A stretch of 64,000 bases of DNA from Candidatus Iainarchaeum sp. (lineage in GTDB: Archaea > Iainarchaeota > Iainarchaeia > Iainarchaeales > JAGVWC01), in contig JAGVWC010000012.1 in assembly GCA_018304465.1 (NCBI GenBank), positions 74,019 to 138,018 of the forward strand, in the 5' to 3' direction. The position numbers and the translations under genes are program-made. Within the stretch, counting starts at the first letter, position 1. Each line of letters begins with the position of its first letter. The notes under the pieces are model-generated. The model ran no database searches. It was given only the letters and a program-made list of their open reading frames with translations, and was not told the origin of the DNA. Of the stretch, positions 28,797 through 37,512 are shown in pieces.

Positions 28797-29293
28797 ATAT
28801 CGTGGTATCAAACCCCAAGTCCTCGCAGGCGATTTCGAAAAAAATCGATGCGCTTCCCAAGGTTTTTTTGAATAAACGAATCGGGGAAACAGTGTCGCTT
28901 GACGAAATCGGTTTCGATGGATATGAAGGAAAAATAACCGGTGGAAGCGACAAAGAAGGTTTTCCGCTGCATCCGTCCGTGGTGGGCAGTATGCGACGAA
29001 AAATCCTTTCGTTGAAAGGAACCGGGTTTCAACAGAAAAACGACGGAGAAAAGCGACGCAAAAACGTGCGCGGCAACACGATCTCGGATCAGATTTCCCA
29101 AATCAACGTTTCCGTGACCAAAGAAGGCAAGACTTCGTTTGCGGAACTGTTTGCGGCAACCCCGAAACAGATCGAGCAAAAGAAATCCGCCAAGGAAGAA
29201 ATGGTCGCAAAGTCGCTGGCTGCTGTTGGAGACGAAAAAACCGCGAAAATGGCTGCGGAAGTCGCCAAAGAAATCAAGAAAGGCAAGAAGTGA
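28793..29293 (+). CDS. rps6e: Ribosomal protein eS6
   Basis: VVSNPKS..., GGSDKEGFPLHPSV. Confidence 0.85.
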   Translation: MNIVVSNPKSSQAISKKIDALPKVFLNKRIGETVSLDEIGFDGYEGKITGGSDKEGFPLHPSVVGSMRRKILSLKGTGFQQKNDGEKRRKNVRGNTISDQISQINVSVTKEGKTSFAELFAATPKQIEQKKSAKEEMVAKSLAAVGDEKTAKMAAEVAKEIKKGKK

Positions 29294-29301
29294 TGAAATA
29301 G

Positions 29302-30597
29302 ATGGCTGACAAAAAACCCACCAAAGCGCTCAAGGCCAGTTTGAAAACCGAGGCAACAAAACCGGTTTCACAAAAGCCGTCGGCGTCCACGGGCGCGGAA
29401 AAAAAAAGCAAAAGCGTTCAGCCCGAAGTCAATATCGGGTTGGTGGGTCACGTCGACCATGGAAAAACGTCATTGACCAAAGCCTTGACTGGAAAATGGA
29501 CGGATACGTTTTCGGAGGAAATCAAACGCGGAATTTCGATTCGCCTCGGATACGCGGACGCGATTTTCTATCAGTATGAAGGAATGGAAGGATCCGAAGC
29601 CTTCGGAACCAAAGCGCTGGGACCGTCCGGCGAAACCGGAAAAGAATTGCGCCGCGTTTCGTTTGTGGATGTTCCGGGTCACGAAACCCTCATGACGACG
29701 ATGCTGTCCGGCGCGTGTCTGATGAACGGCGCGATTTTGGTGATTGCAGCCAATGAAAAATGTCCGCAACCCAGCACCGCGGAACACTTGATGGCGCTCA
29801 AAGCGATCGGAATCAAGCACCTGGTGGTCGCGCAAAACAAATTGGATCTGGTGGACAAAACCCAAGCGATCAAGAATCATCAGGAAATCGAACAGTTTCT
29901 AAAAGACGCGGGATATGAAAACGTTCCGATTATTCCGGTGTCGGCGAATTTTAACGCCAATATCGATGTGTTGATCGAAGCCATCCAGGCAACGATTCCG
30001 TCGCCGAAACTCGACGCATCCAAACCCTTGCGGTTGTTTGTGGCGCGCTCGTTTGACGTGAACACGCCGGGAACATTGCCGGAAAAATTAAAAGGCGGCG
30101 TGGTCGGCGGCTCGATCATGCAAGGAAGCGTCAAAATCGGCGACATAATCGAAATGGTGCCAGGAATCGACGAGCGGCCCGTGCAAACCCAGGTGCAAAG
30201 CCTGCACACGTCGTTTGGACCCATTAGCGAAGGGTTTCCAGGGGGTTTAATCGCGTTTGGAACCCAATTGGATCCGAACATCAGCAAAAATGACCAGTTG
30301 AAAGGCCAAATCGTCGCAAAACCGGGTTCTTTGCCCAAACCGGTCTCCAAAATAAGTTTAAAACTGTATTTATTCAAAAGATTAGTGGAAACCGTTGATT
30401 CGTCGATTCGACCCAGTGAAACCCTCGTGTTGACGGTGGGAACGACCACCGTGATTGGAACCGTTACCAAAGTATCCAAAGATCACTTAGAAGCGATATT
30501 GAAAAGCCCGATCGTGGTGGAAAAAGACCAGACCGTGGCGTTAAGCAAAAGACAAAAAAGCGGTTGGAGACTCGTGGCCTATGGAACGGTCGTGTAA
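29302..30597 (+). CDS. eif2g: Translation initiation factor aIF2 gamma subunit
   Basis: VNIGLVGHVDHGKTSLTKALTG, EF-Tu-like GTPase, ~430 aa. Confidence 0.9.
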   Translation: MADKKPTKALKASLKTEATKPVSQKPSASTGAEKKSKSVQPEVNIGLVGHVDHGKTSLTKALTGKWTDTFSEEIKRGISIRLGYADAIFYQYEGMEGSEAFGTKALGPSGETGKELRRVSFVDVPGHETLMTTMLSGACLMNGAILVIAANEKCPQPSTAEHLMALKAIGIKHLVVAQNKLDLVDKTQAIKNHQEIEQFLKDAGYENVPIIPVSANFNANIDVLIEAIQATIPSPKLDASKPLRLFVARSFDVNTPGTLPEKLKGGVVGGSIMQGSVKIGDIIEMVPGIDERPVQTQVQSLHTSFGPISEGFPGGLIAFGTQLDPNISKNDQLKGQIVAKPGSLPKPVSKISLKLYLFKRLVETVDSSIRPSETLVLTVGTTTVIGTVTKVSKDHLEAILKSPIVVEKDQTVALSKRQKSGWRLVAYGTVV

Positions 30598-30601
30598 AGG
30601 A

Positions 30602-30970
30602 GTGGCGCTGGATACGAATGTGTTGTTGACGATTCTTGACACCAAACAAAACTGCGTGCAAGAAATACGCGACGTGTTCGGGAAAAAATTCGAGATCGTG
30701 TATCCCACGCAAGTCAAAAACGAATTACGCGTTTTGGGAAAAGAAAACAAGCAACTGGAAAAAAAAGCGAAAATCGCTTTCGAGATATTGAATTGGTTCG
30801 GAGTGTTGGAAAAAAAAATTGTTGCCAGGAATGCGGACGAAGCATTGGAAAAATTGGCGGCCCAGGAGTGGGCGATTGTCACCAATGACCGCGAATTGGC
30901 CAAAAAAATCCAGGAAAAATCCGGCAAGGTGTGGCGTTTGTCGCGCGGCCGGTTGTTGATTGATGTTTGA
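30602..30970 (+). CDS. PIN-domain protein. Likely GTG start at 30602; the ORF track ATG at 30581 overlaps eif2g.
   Basis: VALDTNVLL...D (PIN acidic residues). Conserved archaeal neighbour of rpoE. Confidence 0.6.
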   Translation: MALDTNVLLTILDTKQNCVQEIRDVFGKKFEIVYPTQVKNELRVLGKENKQLEKKAKIAFEILNWFGVLEKKIVARNADEALEKLAAQEWAIVTNDRELAKKIQEKSGKVWRLSRGRLLIDV

Positions 30971-30985
30971 AAAAGATCAGGAGCG

Positions 30986-31615
30986 TTGGAAAAAATGTAT
31001 AATGTGTACACGATTCGGGACGTGATTCGGGTTCCACCCAAAGACTTCGGGATGGATTTGAAAGAAGCGGTGTTAAAGATCGCGCAGCAGGAATACGAAG
31101 GAATCGTGGACGAAGAACTCGGCATTGTGGTCGCGGTTAAAGACGTGGTGTCGGTCGGGGACGGAAAAGTCATTCCGGGCGACGGCGCCGCGTATTATTT
31201 GTCCGAACTGGAAATGGTCGCGTTCAAGCCGGAACTTCAGGAAGTCGTGGCGGGAAAAGTCACGGAAATCACGGAGTTCGGAGCGTTTGTCAAGATCGGT
31301 CCGATCGAAGGACTCGTGCACGTTTCCCAGATCATGGACGATTATATCAATTACGACCAGAAAAACGGCTGGTTTGAAGGCCGGGATTCCGGAAAAAAAC
31401 TCATCGTGGACGATTCGGTTTTGACGCGCATCATCACGTCGAGTTTGAAAAGCACGGTGCAGAATTCCAAGATCGGAATGACGATGCGCCAGATCGGACT
31501 CGGAAAAGAAGACTGGGTTGACATCGACGAAAAACAAAAAGACAAGAAAAAAGTCGTTCGGGACGCGAAAAGCAAGGAACCCAAATCGCAAAAGCCCGAG
31601 CGGCAAAGGAAATGA
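30986..31615 (+). CDS. rpoE: RNA polymerase subunit E' (Rpo7), S1 domain
   Basis: GKVTEITEFGAFVKIGPIEGLVHVSQI S1 motif. Upstream of spt4. Confidence 0.8.
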   Translation: MEKMYNVYTIRDVIRVPPKDFGMDLKEAVLKIAQQEYEGIVDEELGIVVAVKDVVSVGDGKVIPGDGAAYYLSELEMVAFKPELQEVVAGKVTEITEFGAFVKIGPIEGLVHVSQIMDDYINYDQKNGWFEGRDSGKKLIVDDSVLTRIITSSLKSTVQNSKIGMTMRQIGLGKEDWVDIDEKQKDKKKVVRDAKSKEPKSQKPERQRK

Positions 31616-31631
31616 TTGAGGCGAAAAAATA

Positions 31632-31826
31632 ATGGCAACAGAAAAAGCATGCCGGCAATGCCGGCGGATTGTGGAAGAAGCGACCACGTGTCCGGATTGC
31701 GGTGGCGCGCAGTTCACGACGTTTTGGCGCGGATTCATTACAATTGCGGATCCGGAAAAATCCGAGATAGCCAAAAAAATGGGAATCACGCAAAAAGGCA
31801 AACACGCCTTGCGATTGAGCCAATAA
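31632..31826 (+). CDS. spt4: Transcription elongation factor Spt4 (RpoE'')
   Basis: CRQCRRIV...CPDCGG zinc ribbon, 64 aa. Confidence 0.75.
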   Translation: MATEKACRQCRRIVEEATTCPDCGGAQFTTFWRGFITIADPEKSEIAKKMGITQKGKHALRLSQ

Positions 31827-31848
31827 AGGACAAAGGCAGGTATTTGGA

Positions 31849-32178
31849 ATGAAATCAAACATCGTTCAGAAAACGCATAATCCCCTTCTACATCGCGACG
31901 AACTCGTGTTGTCGGTGCCGTCGGAAAAAACCCTGAGCCGAAAAGAGCTTCGGGAAAAAATCGCGGTTCAATTGAATGCGGACATCGAAAAAGTGTCGAT
32001 TCAAAAGATTTTGCAGCCGTTTGGAGCAAAAGAAATGCAAGTGCACGTTCGGGTATACGACTCGAAAGAAACGCTTGAAAAAACGGAATTGCCCCAGATC
32101 GTGTTCCGTAATCGAGGAGAAAAACGAAAGCCTAAGAAAAAAGAGCCCAAAGTCAAAACGGCCAAGAAACAAAGGTGA
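31849..32178 (+). CDS. rps24e: Ribosomal protein eS24
   Basis: HNPLLHRDELVLSV...PSRKELREKIA. Confidence 0.8.
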   Translation: MKSNIVQKTHNPLLHRDELVLSVPSEKTLSRKELREKIAVQLNADIEKVSIQKILQPFGAKEMQVHVRVYDSKETLEKTELPQIVFRNRGEKRKPKKKEPKVKTAKKQR

Positions 32179-32184
32179 TTAAGA

Positions 32185-32376
32185 ATGGCAGAAAAAGGAA
32201 AAGCAGTTGAAAAAGAAAAGAAAATCCAGAAGTCTTCTTTTTACGAAGTGGACAATGACAAGGTAAAACGCAAAAACCTGTTTTGCCCCAAATGCGGGGC
32301 CGGCGTATTCATGGCAGCCCACAAGGACCGGAATACCTGCGGAAAATGCGGTTTTACGCAATGGAAAAACAAGTAA
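32185..32376 (+). CDS. rps27ae: Ribosomal protein S27a (eS31), C4 zinc ribbon
   Basis: CPKCGAGVFMAAHKDRNTCGKCGFT. Confidence 0.8.
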   Translation: MAEKGKAVEKEKKIQKSSFYEVDNDKVKRKNLFCPKCGAGVFMAAHKDRNTCGKCGFTQWKNK

Positions 32377-32505
32377 AAACGGTTTTTCCAAACCCTATTT
32401 TTTTCGGATGCCCAAAAGCGGCGATACCCGGTTGGGTTGACCGGCGATTCGAAAAACCATCGGGAAAACTCAAGATTTAAAAAAAATTCTTTCAACAGAG
32501 TGTAT

Positions 32506-33285
32506 ATGCCACAAATGCTTTTTTTAGGCACGGGTTTTTCCAGCGGAGTACCAGAAGGAAACTGCGCATGCGAAGTATGCGAAAAAGCAAGGGACATGTC
32601 CAGTCCTTTTTTTCGAACGCGTTCCAGCGTGTTGATCGAACACGACGGAAAAAACATTCTGATCGACGCTGGCACGGATTTTCGGTTTCAAACGATCAAA
32701 CACAACGTGCGAAAAATCGACGCGGTGCTGATCACGCATGCCCACGAGGATCACATCGGCGGGATTCCGGATTTACGCGGGTTTTCGTCGACATGGGGAA
32801 ACGATCCGGCGCTTTCGATGTATTGTCGTCAACAAGAAATCAACGCGCTTAAGCGGCGCTTCGGATATATTTTTGACGAAAACGTCACGTCCACCAAACC
32901 AAAGTTTGGAGTGAAAACCATTGAACCGGGAAAACCGTTCGACGTGTTCGGATTGACGGTGACACCGATGTTGGTTTCGCATCCGCCCGAAGACGCGTTC
33001 GGTTTTCGCATCAACGACCTGGCGTACATTCCCGACGCGAAAACGATTCCTTCCGAATCCATGAAATTGCTGCAAGGAATCAAGACCTTGGTGATTCTTG
33101 GGAACAGCGACGAGTCGTATCCCAAACAAATGAGTATTTTCGAAGCCGCGGAAATCGCGAAAACCCTGAAGGCCGAACGCGTTTTTTTCACGCATATTGG
33201 TCACCGGGTCCAGCGAAACAAGGCGGATCAAACGCTTCCGCCGCACATGAAACTCGCGTTTGACGGCTTGAAAATCGATTTTTGA
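32506..33285 (+). CDS. Metallo-beta-lactamase-fold hydrolase. The ORF track start at 32437 is a TTG; the ATG at 32506 is more likely.
   Basis: LITHAHEDHIGGIPDL (HxHxDH) motif. Confidence 0.6.
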   Translation: MPQMLFLGTGFSSGVPEGNCACEVCEKARDMSSPFFRTRSSVLIEHDGKNILIDAGTDFRFQTIKHNVRKIDAVLITHAHEDHIGGIPDLRGFSSTWGNDPALSMYCRQQEINALKRRFGYIFDENVTSTKPKFGVKTIEPGKPFDVFGLTVTPMLVSHPPEDAFGFRINDLAYIPDAKTIPSESMKLLQGIKTLVILGNSDESYPKQMSIFEAAEIAKTLKAERVFFTHIGHRVQRNKADQTLPPHMKLAFDGLKIDF

Positions 33286-33326
33286 ACCGAGGTATTTTTT
33301 TATTCGAAAGCCGCTGTATTTGATTT

Positions 33327-34304
33327 ATGACAATTAGTATCGGTTTCGAATCGACGGCTCATACGTTTGGAGTCGCGATCGTAAACGAGAAATGCGAAGT
33401 TTTAGCCAACGAAAAACACACGCATACGACGGAAAGCGGCGGATTGATTCCGCGCGAATTGGCTGAGCATCACGAAAAATACGCGTTGCCCGTGTTGTTG
33501 GCGGCGCTTGAAAAAAGCAAAAAAAAATTGTCGGACATCGACGTGTACGCGTTTTCGCAGGGACCCGGCATCGGCCCCGCGTTAAAATTCGGCGCGTACG
33601 TCTGCAGAGCATTGGCGATCGAACAAAAAAAACCGTTGCTTGGCGTCAACCACGGCGTGGGGCACATCGAGATCGGAAAGGCTTTGACAGGGGCCAAGGA
33701 TCCCCTGACAGTGTACGCGTCCGGTGGAAACACGCAAATCATCGGACTGGACCGCGGTCGATACCGCGTGTTCGGAGAAACATTGGATGTCGGAGTCGGG
33801 AATCTGTTGGATAGTTTCGGACGGTCGCTTTCAATCGGTTTTCCCGCGGGACCCAAAATCGATGAAAAATATTTTTTGGGAAAAAATTTGATTTCCCTCC
33901 CGTACTCCGTCAAGGGAATGGATCTGGTGTTTTCGGGTCTGTTGACAGCGGCCGAACAAAAAATCGGAAAAGTGGATGAAAACGATTTGTGTTTTTCCTT
34001 GATGCACACCGCTTTTGCGGAATTGACGGAAGTAACGGAGCGCGCTTTGGCGCACACGGGAAAAAAAGAAGTGTTGTTAACCGGCGGGGTGGCCGCCAGC
34101 CGCGCGCTGCAACAGATGATGAAAACCATGTGCGACGAACGCGGGGTTGATTTTTTCGTTCCGCCGGCGTGGGCGTGCGGCGACAGCGGGTTGTTGCCCG
34201 CGTGGCTGGGATTAGTCGAATACAACGCCGGAATCCGGATGGCATTGTCCGAAACCACGGTGAATCAGCGCCAGCGCGTCGACGAAATCGACGTGGTATG
34301 GTAA
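33327..34304 (+). CDS. kae1: tRNA t6A37 threonylcarbamoyltransferase Kae1 (KEOPS catalytic subunit), not fused to Bud32
   Basis: IGFESTAHTFGVAIV, GPGIGPALKFGAYVCRALA, GVNHGVGH motifs. Confidence 0.85.
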   Translation: MTISIGFESTAHTFGVAIVNEKCEVLANEKHTHTTESGGLIPRELAEHHEKYALPVLLAALEKSKKKLSDIDVYAFSQGPGIGPALKFGAYVCRALAIEQKKPLLGVNHGVGHIEIGKALTGAKDPLTVYASGGNTQIIGLDRGRYRVFGETLDVGVGNLLDSFGRSLSIGFPAGPKIDEKYFLGKNLISLPYSVKGMDLVFSGLLTAAEQKIGKVDENDLCFSLMHTAFAELTEVTERALAHTGKKEVLLTGGVAASRALQQMMKTMCDERGVDFFVPPAWACGDSGLLPAWLGLVEYNAGIRMALSETTVNQRQRVDEIDVVW

Positions 34305-34371
34305 AAGAGCTTTGGTCGGAGTCCCGAATCATCCGCTTATTTTTATAATACCGTTGCGGGGAAGTATCCGT

Positions 34372-35166
34372 ATGGCGCATCAAAGCGAAATGTTGATTGC
34401 TGGTATGGTCGGAATCATTATCGGCGTGGTGGCTTCCGCGGCGTTATTCGTGTATTTGGAGCCATCGCAGTCTTTTTTGGAAAACGATCAAAACCAGTCA
34501 CCGGAGCAAACAGAGCAAAGAACGGCGTTGAATCCCTTACAAGAAGACAAATACGCGGCAAGCATCGGAATCGTGGCCGTGGCGGCGCAAACCAACGAAG
34601 GTATCACCAATGTCGCCAATGTCGAGATTCAGCCAGGAAAAGGACGCGTGCTGGTCGCTGTGAACCCGTTTGTCGAGCCGGATACGCAGGAAAGCGCGGA
34701 GATTGCGGCGGCCGTGGCGGAGCGGTATACCCAAAAGGATTTGTCGAACGTGGATTTGATTTATTCGATCGAGTCGGACGCGCAATTGGTGGGCGGACCG
34801 AGCGCGGGAGCCGCGTTAACCGTGGCCACAATCGCGGCGATCGAAAAAAAAACCGTGCGAACCGATGCCGCGATTACGGGAACGATTGAACCTGACGGAT
34901 CGATCGGACCGATTGGCGGCGTGTTGGAAAAAACCGAAGCCGTGGCCAAAGCCGGAAAAAAATTGTTCTTGATTCCAAAAGGCCAGGGCACCTTGGTGTA
35001 TTACGAACCCAAGGTTACGATTGAACAGCGCGGTCGGTTTCAGATTCAGCGCACGTCGTATGTTCCAAAGCAACTGGATTTGATCGGGTACGCCAAAGGC
35101 GAATTGGATTTGGAAGTACGCGAAGTGGAAACCGTATCGGAAGCGGCCGAGATTTTGATTTCGTGA
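34372..35166 (+). CDS. Membrane-anchored Lon-like S16 peptidase domain protein without an AAA+ module. The ORF track start at 34312 is a TTG.
   Basis: N-terminal TM. LVGGPSAGAALTVATIAAI (catalytic Ser) and downstream conserved Lys. The architecture is S16 only. Confidence 0.6.
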   Translation: MAHQSEMLIAGMVGIIIGVVASAALFVYLEPSQSFLENDQNQSPEQTEQRTALNPLQEDKYAASIGIVAVAAQTNEGITNVANVEIQPGKGRVLVAVNPFVEPDTQESAEIAAAVAERYTQKDLSNVDLIYSIESDAQLVGGPSAGAALTVATIAAIEKKTVRTDAAITGTIEPDGSIGPIGGVLEKTEAVAKAGKKLFLIPKGQGTLVYYEPKVTIEQRGRFQIQRTSYVPKQLDLIGYAKGELDLEVREVETVSEAAEILIS

Positions 35167-35167
35167 A

Positions 35168-35515
35168 TTATTTTTTGATCAATTCTTTTTTTGTTTTGAG
35201 CCATTTTTCATTTCTTTCAATTCGAAAGTCTTTGGTGTAACTGTACAAAAACAAGACGACTGCGGTAATGAGAATCGCGATGAACACGCGGGCTTCCATC
35301 GAAGCTGAAAACGGCGCAGGTAAGTCCACGGCGGGATTAAGGTAAATCAGAAAAGCCCCCACGAGCACCATGACGAGCACGAACTCGACCACAAGCAAAA
35401 TCACCAGTCGGCGGTCTTTTTTGGCATCCGAAAACTTGGCTTTGGTGGTGGAGACGACTTCTTTTCCGGCGCGGAAAAAGCGTTCCTTAAGTTTCATGAC
35501 AAAGAAAACGCCCAA
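35168..35515 (-). CDS. Small hypothetical membrane protein (2 TM)
   Basis: ORF with two hydrophobic helices. No family recognised. Confidence 0.35.
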   Translation of the reverse strand: MGVFFVMKLKERFFRAGKEVVSTTKAKFSDAKKDRRLVILLVVEFVLVMVLVGAFLIYLNPAVDLPAPFSASMEARVFIAILITAVVLFLYSYTKDFRIERNEKWLKTKKELIKK

Positions 35516-35604
35516 GGTAGTATAAAAAGTGATTTACCTGCTTGCCGAATTTGGAAAATAGTTTTAAAGAAATATCATTCAGTTATAATGCGGGAGGTAC
35601 TTTG

Positions 35605-36273
35605 ATGAGGTCAAAAGCCTATTTAGTCACCAGTTTAATGCTGTTGGCCGTTTTTCTTGGATCAACGGTGGCGGCATGCGATTCGCCATCCTGTGGACCC
35701 CAATCCGGCGACGAGGATATTGTCCAACTAACCGTTGCCGTGAAGAACAAACTCGGAAACCCCGTGATCGGAGCGGATATTTATTTGTTTCCGGTTCGGG
35801 GACCTGCGGTCGGTTCCTTAACGTCCAATAACCAGGGAGAAGCCACGTTTTTCGTGACCACGGATTCGGCGTACCGGATTCAGGTCGACAAAGGGGGATA
35901 CAAAAGCGGTTACATGTCGGTAACGGTTCCAACCACCGTGGAATCGGACCGCGTGTTCCAGCCGATTTATCTGGATCCGAATTCCGTTTCGTCGGGGCAA
36001 TTGGGTTCACGCGCGGGCGGAAGCGTGTATGATTACACGTATATTTCGCTGCGGACGAGTTACACCCGAACGCCGACGCGGATATCGCCGGGTCGCACGC
36101 CTGTCTCAAGCAGTGGTCGCCGATACGTCGTATATTCCTTTACTCCAACGCGTTCGTCGGCTAACTCCGTTGTTCCGCGTCAACCCACGAGTACACGTCC
36201 AACAACGACGTTGTATTATACGCGGACCAATTGGTTCGGATCGAGTGCGCTGTACTATACGCGAACGCGATGA
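35605..36273 (+). CDS. Secreted CarboxypepD_reg-like protein with Thr/Arg-rich low-complexity C-terminus. The ORF track start is 35542; the Met at 35605 precedes the signal peptide.
   Basis: Signal-like LVTSLMLLAVFLGSTVAA. VAVKNKLGNPVIGADIYLF...YRIQVDKGGYKSGYMSVTV beta-sandwich. TRTPTR repeats. Confidence 0.45.
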   Translation: MRSKAYLVTSLMLLAVFLGSTVAACDSPSCGPQSGDEDIVQLTVAVKNKLGNPVIGADIYLFPVRGPAVGSLTSNNQGEATFFVTTDSAYRIQVDKGGYKSGYMSVTVPTTVESDRVFQPIYLDPNSVSSGQLGSRAGGSVYDYTYISLRTSYTRTPTRISPGRTPVSSSGRRYVVYSFTPTRSSANSVVPRQPTSTRPTTTLYYTRTNWFGSSALYYTRTR

Positions 36274-36284
36274 TTCGTTCAAAA

Positions 36285-36314
36285 GGGGGCAACGCCCCTT
36301 CTTTTTTTATTTTT
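36285..36314 (+). terminator. GC hairpin (GGGGC-AAC-GCCCC) followed by T-tract; bidirectional between convergent genes
   Basis: The stem sequence is the reverse complement of the hairpin at 25069. TTCTTTTTTTATTTTT follows. Confidence 0.4.
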
Positions 36315-36867
36315 AAAAAATAGTTGTGGTTGAAAGCGAAAGCATCAAGGCGGCAAACACCCAAAGAATGCGCAGCACGAACGCGGTGTCAAACAGCAAA
36401 ATCAATCCCAAAATCACGATTATCGGGACAAAAAAAACCGGAAACGTGAGCAGCCAAAAAAACCGCGTGGCCATGTCTCCTTTTTCGAGGACGCGTCGTT
36501 TGTAGAAATCCGTGAAAGCGTTAAAGGCGTTCAAGGCGTCTTGCTTGCTTGGAAACGAATACAACACGAGCGAAAACCCGAACCAGTATACCAGCAACGA
36601 AACCACGGATAACTGCGCCGCAAGCACGTGTCCGAATTGCAAAAGCGATATTCCGATGAGGTTTCCGAGCAAAAACGGGGCGATCGCAATGATCAGGCCT
36701 TGCCAGGCATTGGGTTTGGCATGCGACACGTACGCCTCGTCGGTGCCAAACCATTTGACGTGGTGAACCGCAACCCCTGTCAGATAACAGGCGATCACGT
36801 GGGAAAACTCGTGAAAGACGATTCCGGGAAAAAAAATAATCGGATCGGTGGGCAGGCTTTTGCTCAT
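36313..36867 (-). CDS. Integral membrane HExxH zinc metalloprotease candidate. The ORF track start is 36936; the internal Met at 36867 is more likely.
   Basis: FHEFSHVIACYLTG motif adjacent to TM helices. ~5 TM. Confidence 0.45.
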   Translation of the reverse strand: MSKSLPTDPIIFFPGIVFHEFSHVIACYLTGVAVHHVKWFGTDEAYVSHAKPNAWQGLIIAIAPFLLGNLIGISLLQFGHVLAAQLSVVSLLVYWFGFSLVLYSFPSKQDALNAFNAFTDFYKRRVLEKGDMATRFFWLLTFPVFFVPIIVILGLILLFDTAFVLRILWVFAALMLSLSTTTIF

Positions 36868-36992
36868 GCACAGATTCGAGAAGGAAGGTTTTTTAGGAAT
36901 TTGGAAAACGATCTGAAAGCGGGCAGTATAAGGCACATGGAGGACTTCAACATAAAAAATATACTGAGAAATCGGTTTTTCTTTTTTTTTGA

Positions 36993-37430
36993 CTATTGTT
37001 CGATTCTTTGGCGGAATTTGGCGTCGATTTGGCGGGCGCGTTGTTTCATGCGTTCAAAAATCCGATCGATGTCGTCTTCGAGCTCTTCAATGGTGCGGTA
37101 CACGCTACTGGAACGCGCGACGTAGAACCGTCCGTGTTTTTCAATCAGACCCGATCGCACCAGATTGTTCAAGTGGTTGATGACGGCGCCGCGGCTCATA
37201 TTGACCCGGTCCGCGATCGCGGTGCTTGAAAGCGCTTCGCCGCGTTCGCTGGCCATGACCAAAATGCGAAAAACCGCGGCGGCAGTTTTGTCTTTGTCGA
37301 TTTCTTCGTAAAAACCCAAAGATTTGCAGATCCAATCGAGTTCATCCAAAAGCGAATCGGAATAAGGCGGTTCCACCTTACGGATGACCAGCCGAAAACT
37401 CATGCGGCGTTGGGGGGGTCCGAGTTCCAT
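36993..37430 (-). CDS. Winged-helix transcriptional regulator, divergent from grpE-dnaK-dnaJ
   Basis: TAIADRVNMSRGAVINHLNNLVRSGLIEKHGR wHTH. Confidence 0.5.
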   Translation of the reverse strand: MELGPPQRRMSFRLVIRKVEPPYSDSLLDELDWICKSLGFYEEIDKDKTAAAVFRILVMASERGEALSSTAIADRVNMSRGAVINHLNNLVRSGLIEKHGRFYVARSSSVYRTIEELEDDIDRIFERMKQRARQIDAKFRQRIEQ

Positions 37431-37466
37431 ATATAGGAATGGGAGAGAAAAGATTTAAAAAAACAT

Positions 37467-37503
37467 GTCTAAATTACTATGTAAAAGTCTAAACATTTTA
37501 GAC
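37467..37503 (+). promoter_or_regulatory. Operator-like repeats: GTCTAAA half-site at 37467 and perfect palindrome GTCTAAA-CAT-TTTAGAC at 37487..37503, in the divergent promoter region
   Basis: Seen directly. It lies between the regulator start (37430, minus strand) and the probable grpE ATG (37513). Confidence 0.35.
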
Positions 37504-37512
37504 AGTGATGTT

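Noticed and set aside
37465-37512. ORF track start of grpE
   Set aside because: It would translate through the palindromic operator and the divergent promoter. The internal Met at 37513 gives a product of typical GrpE length.
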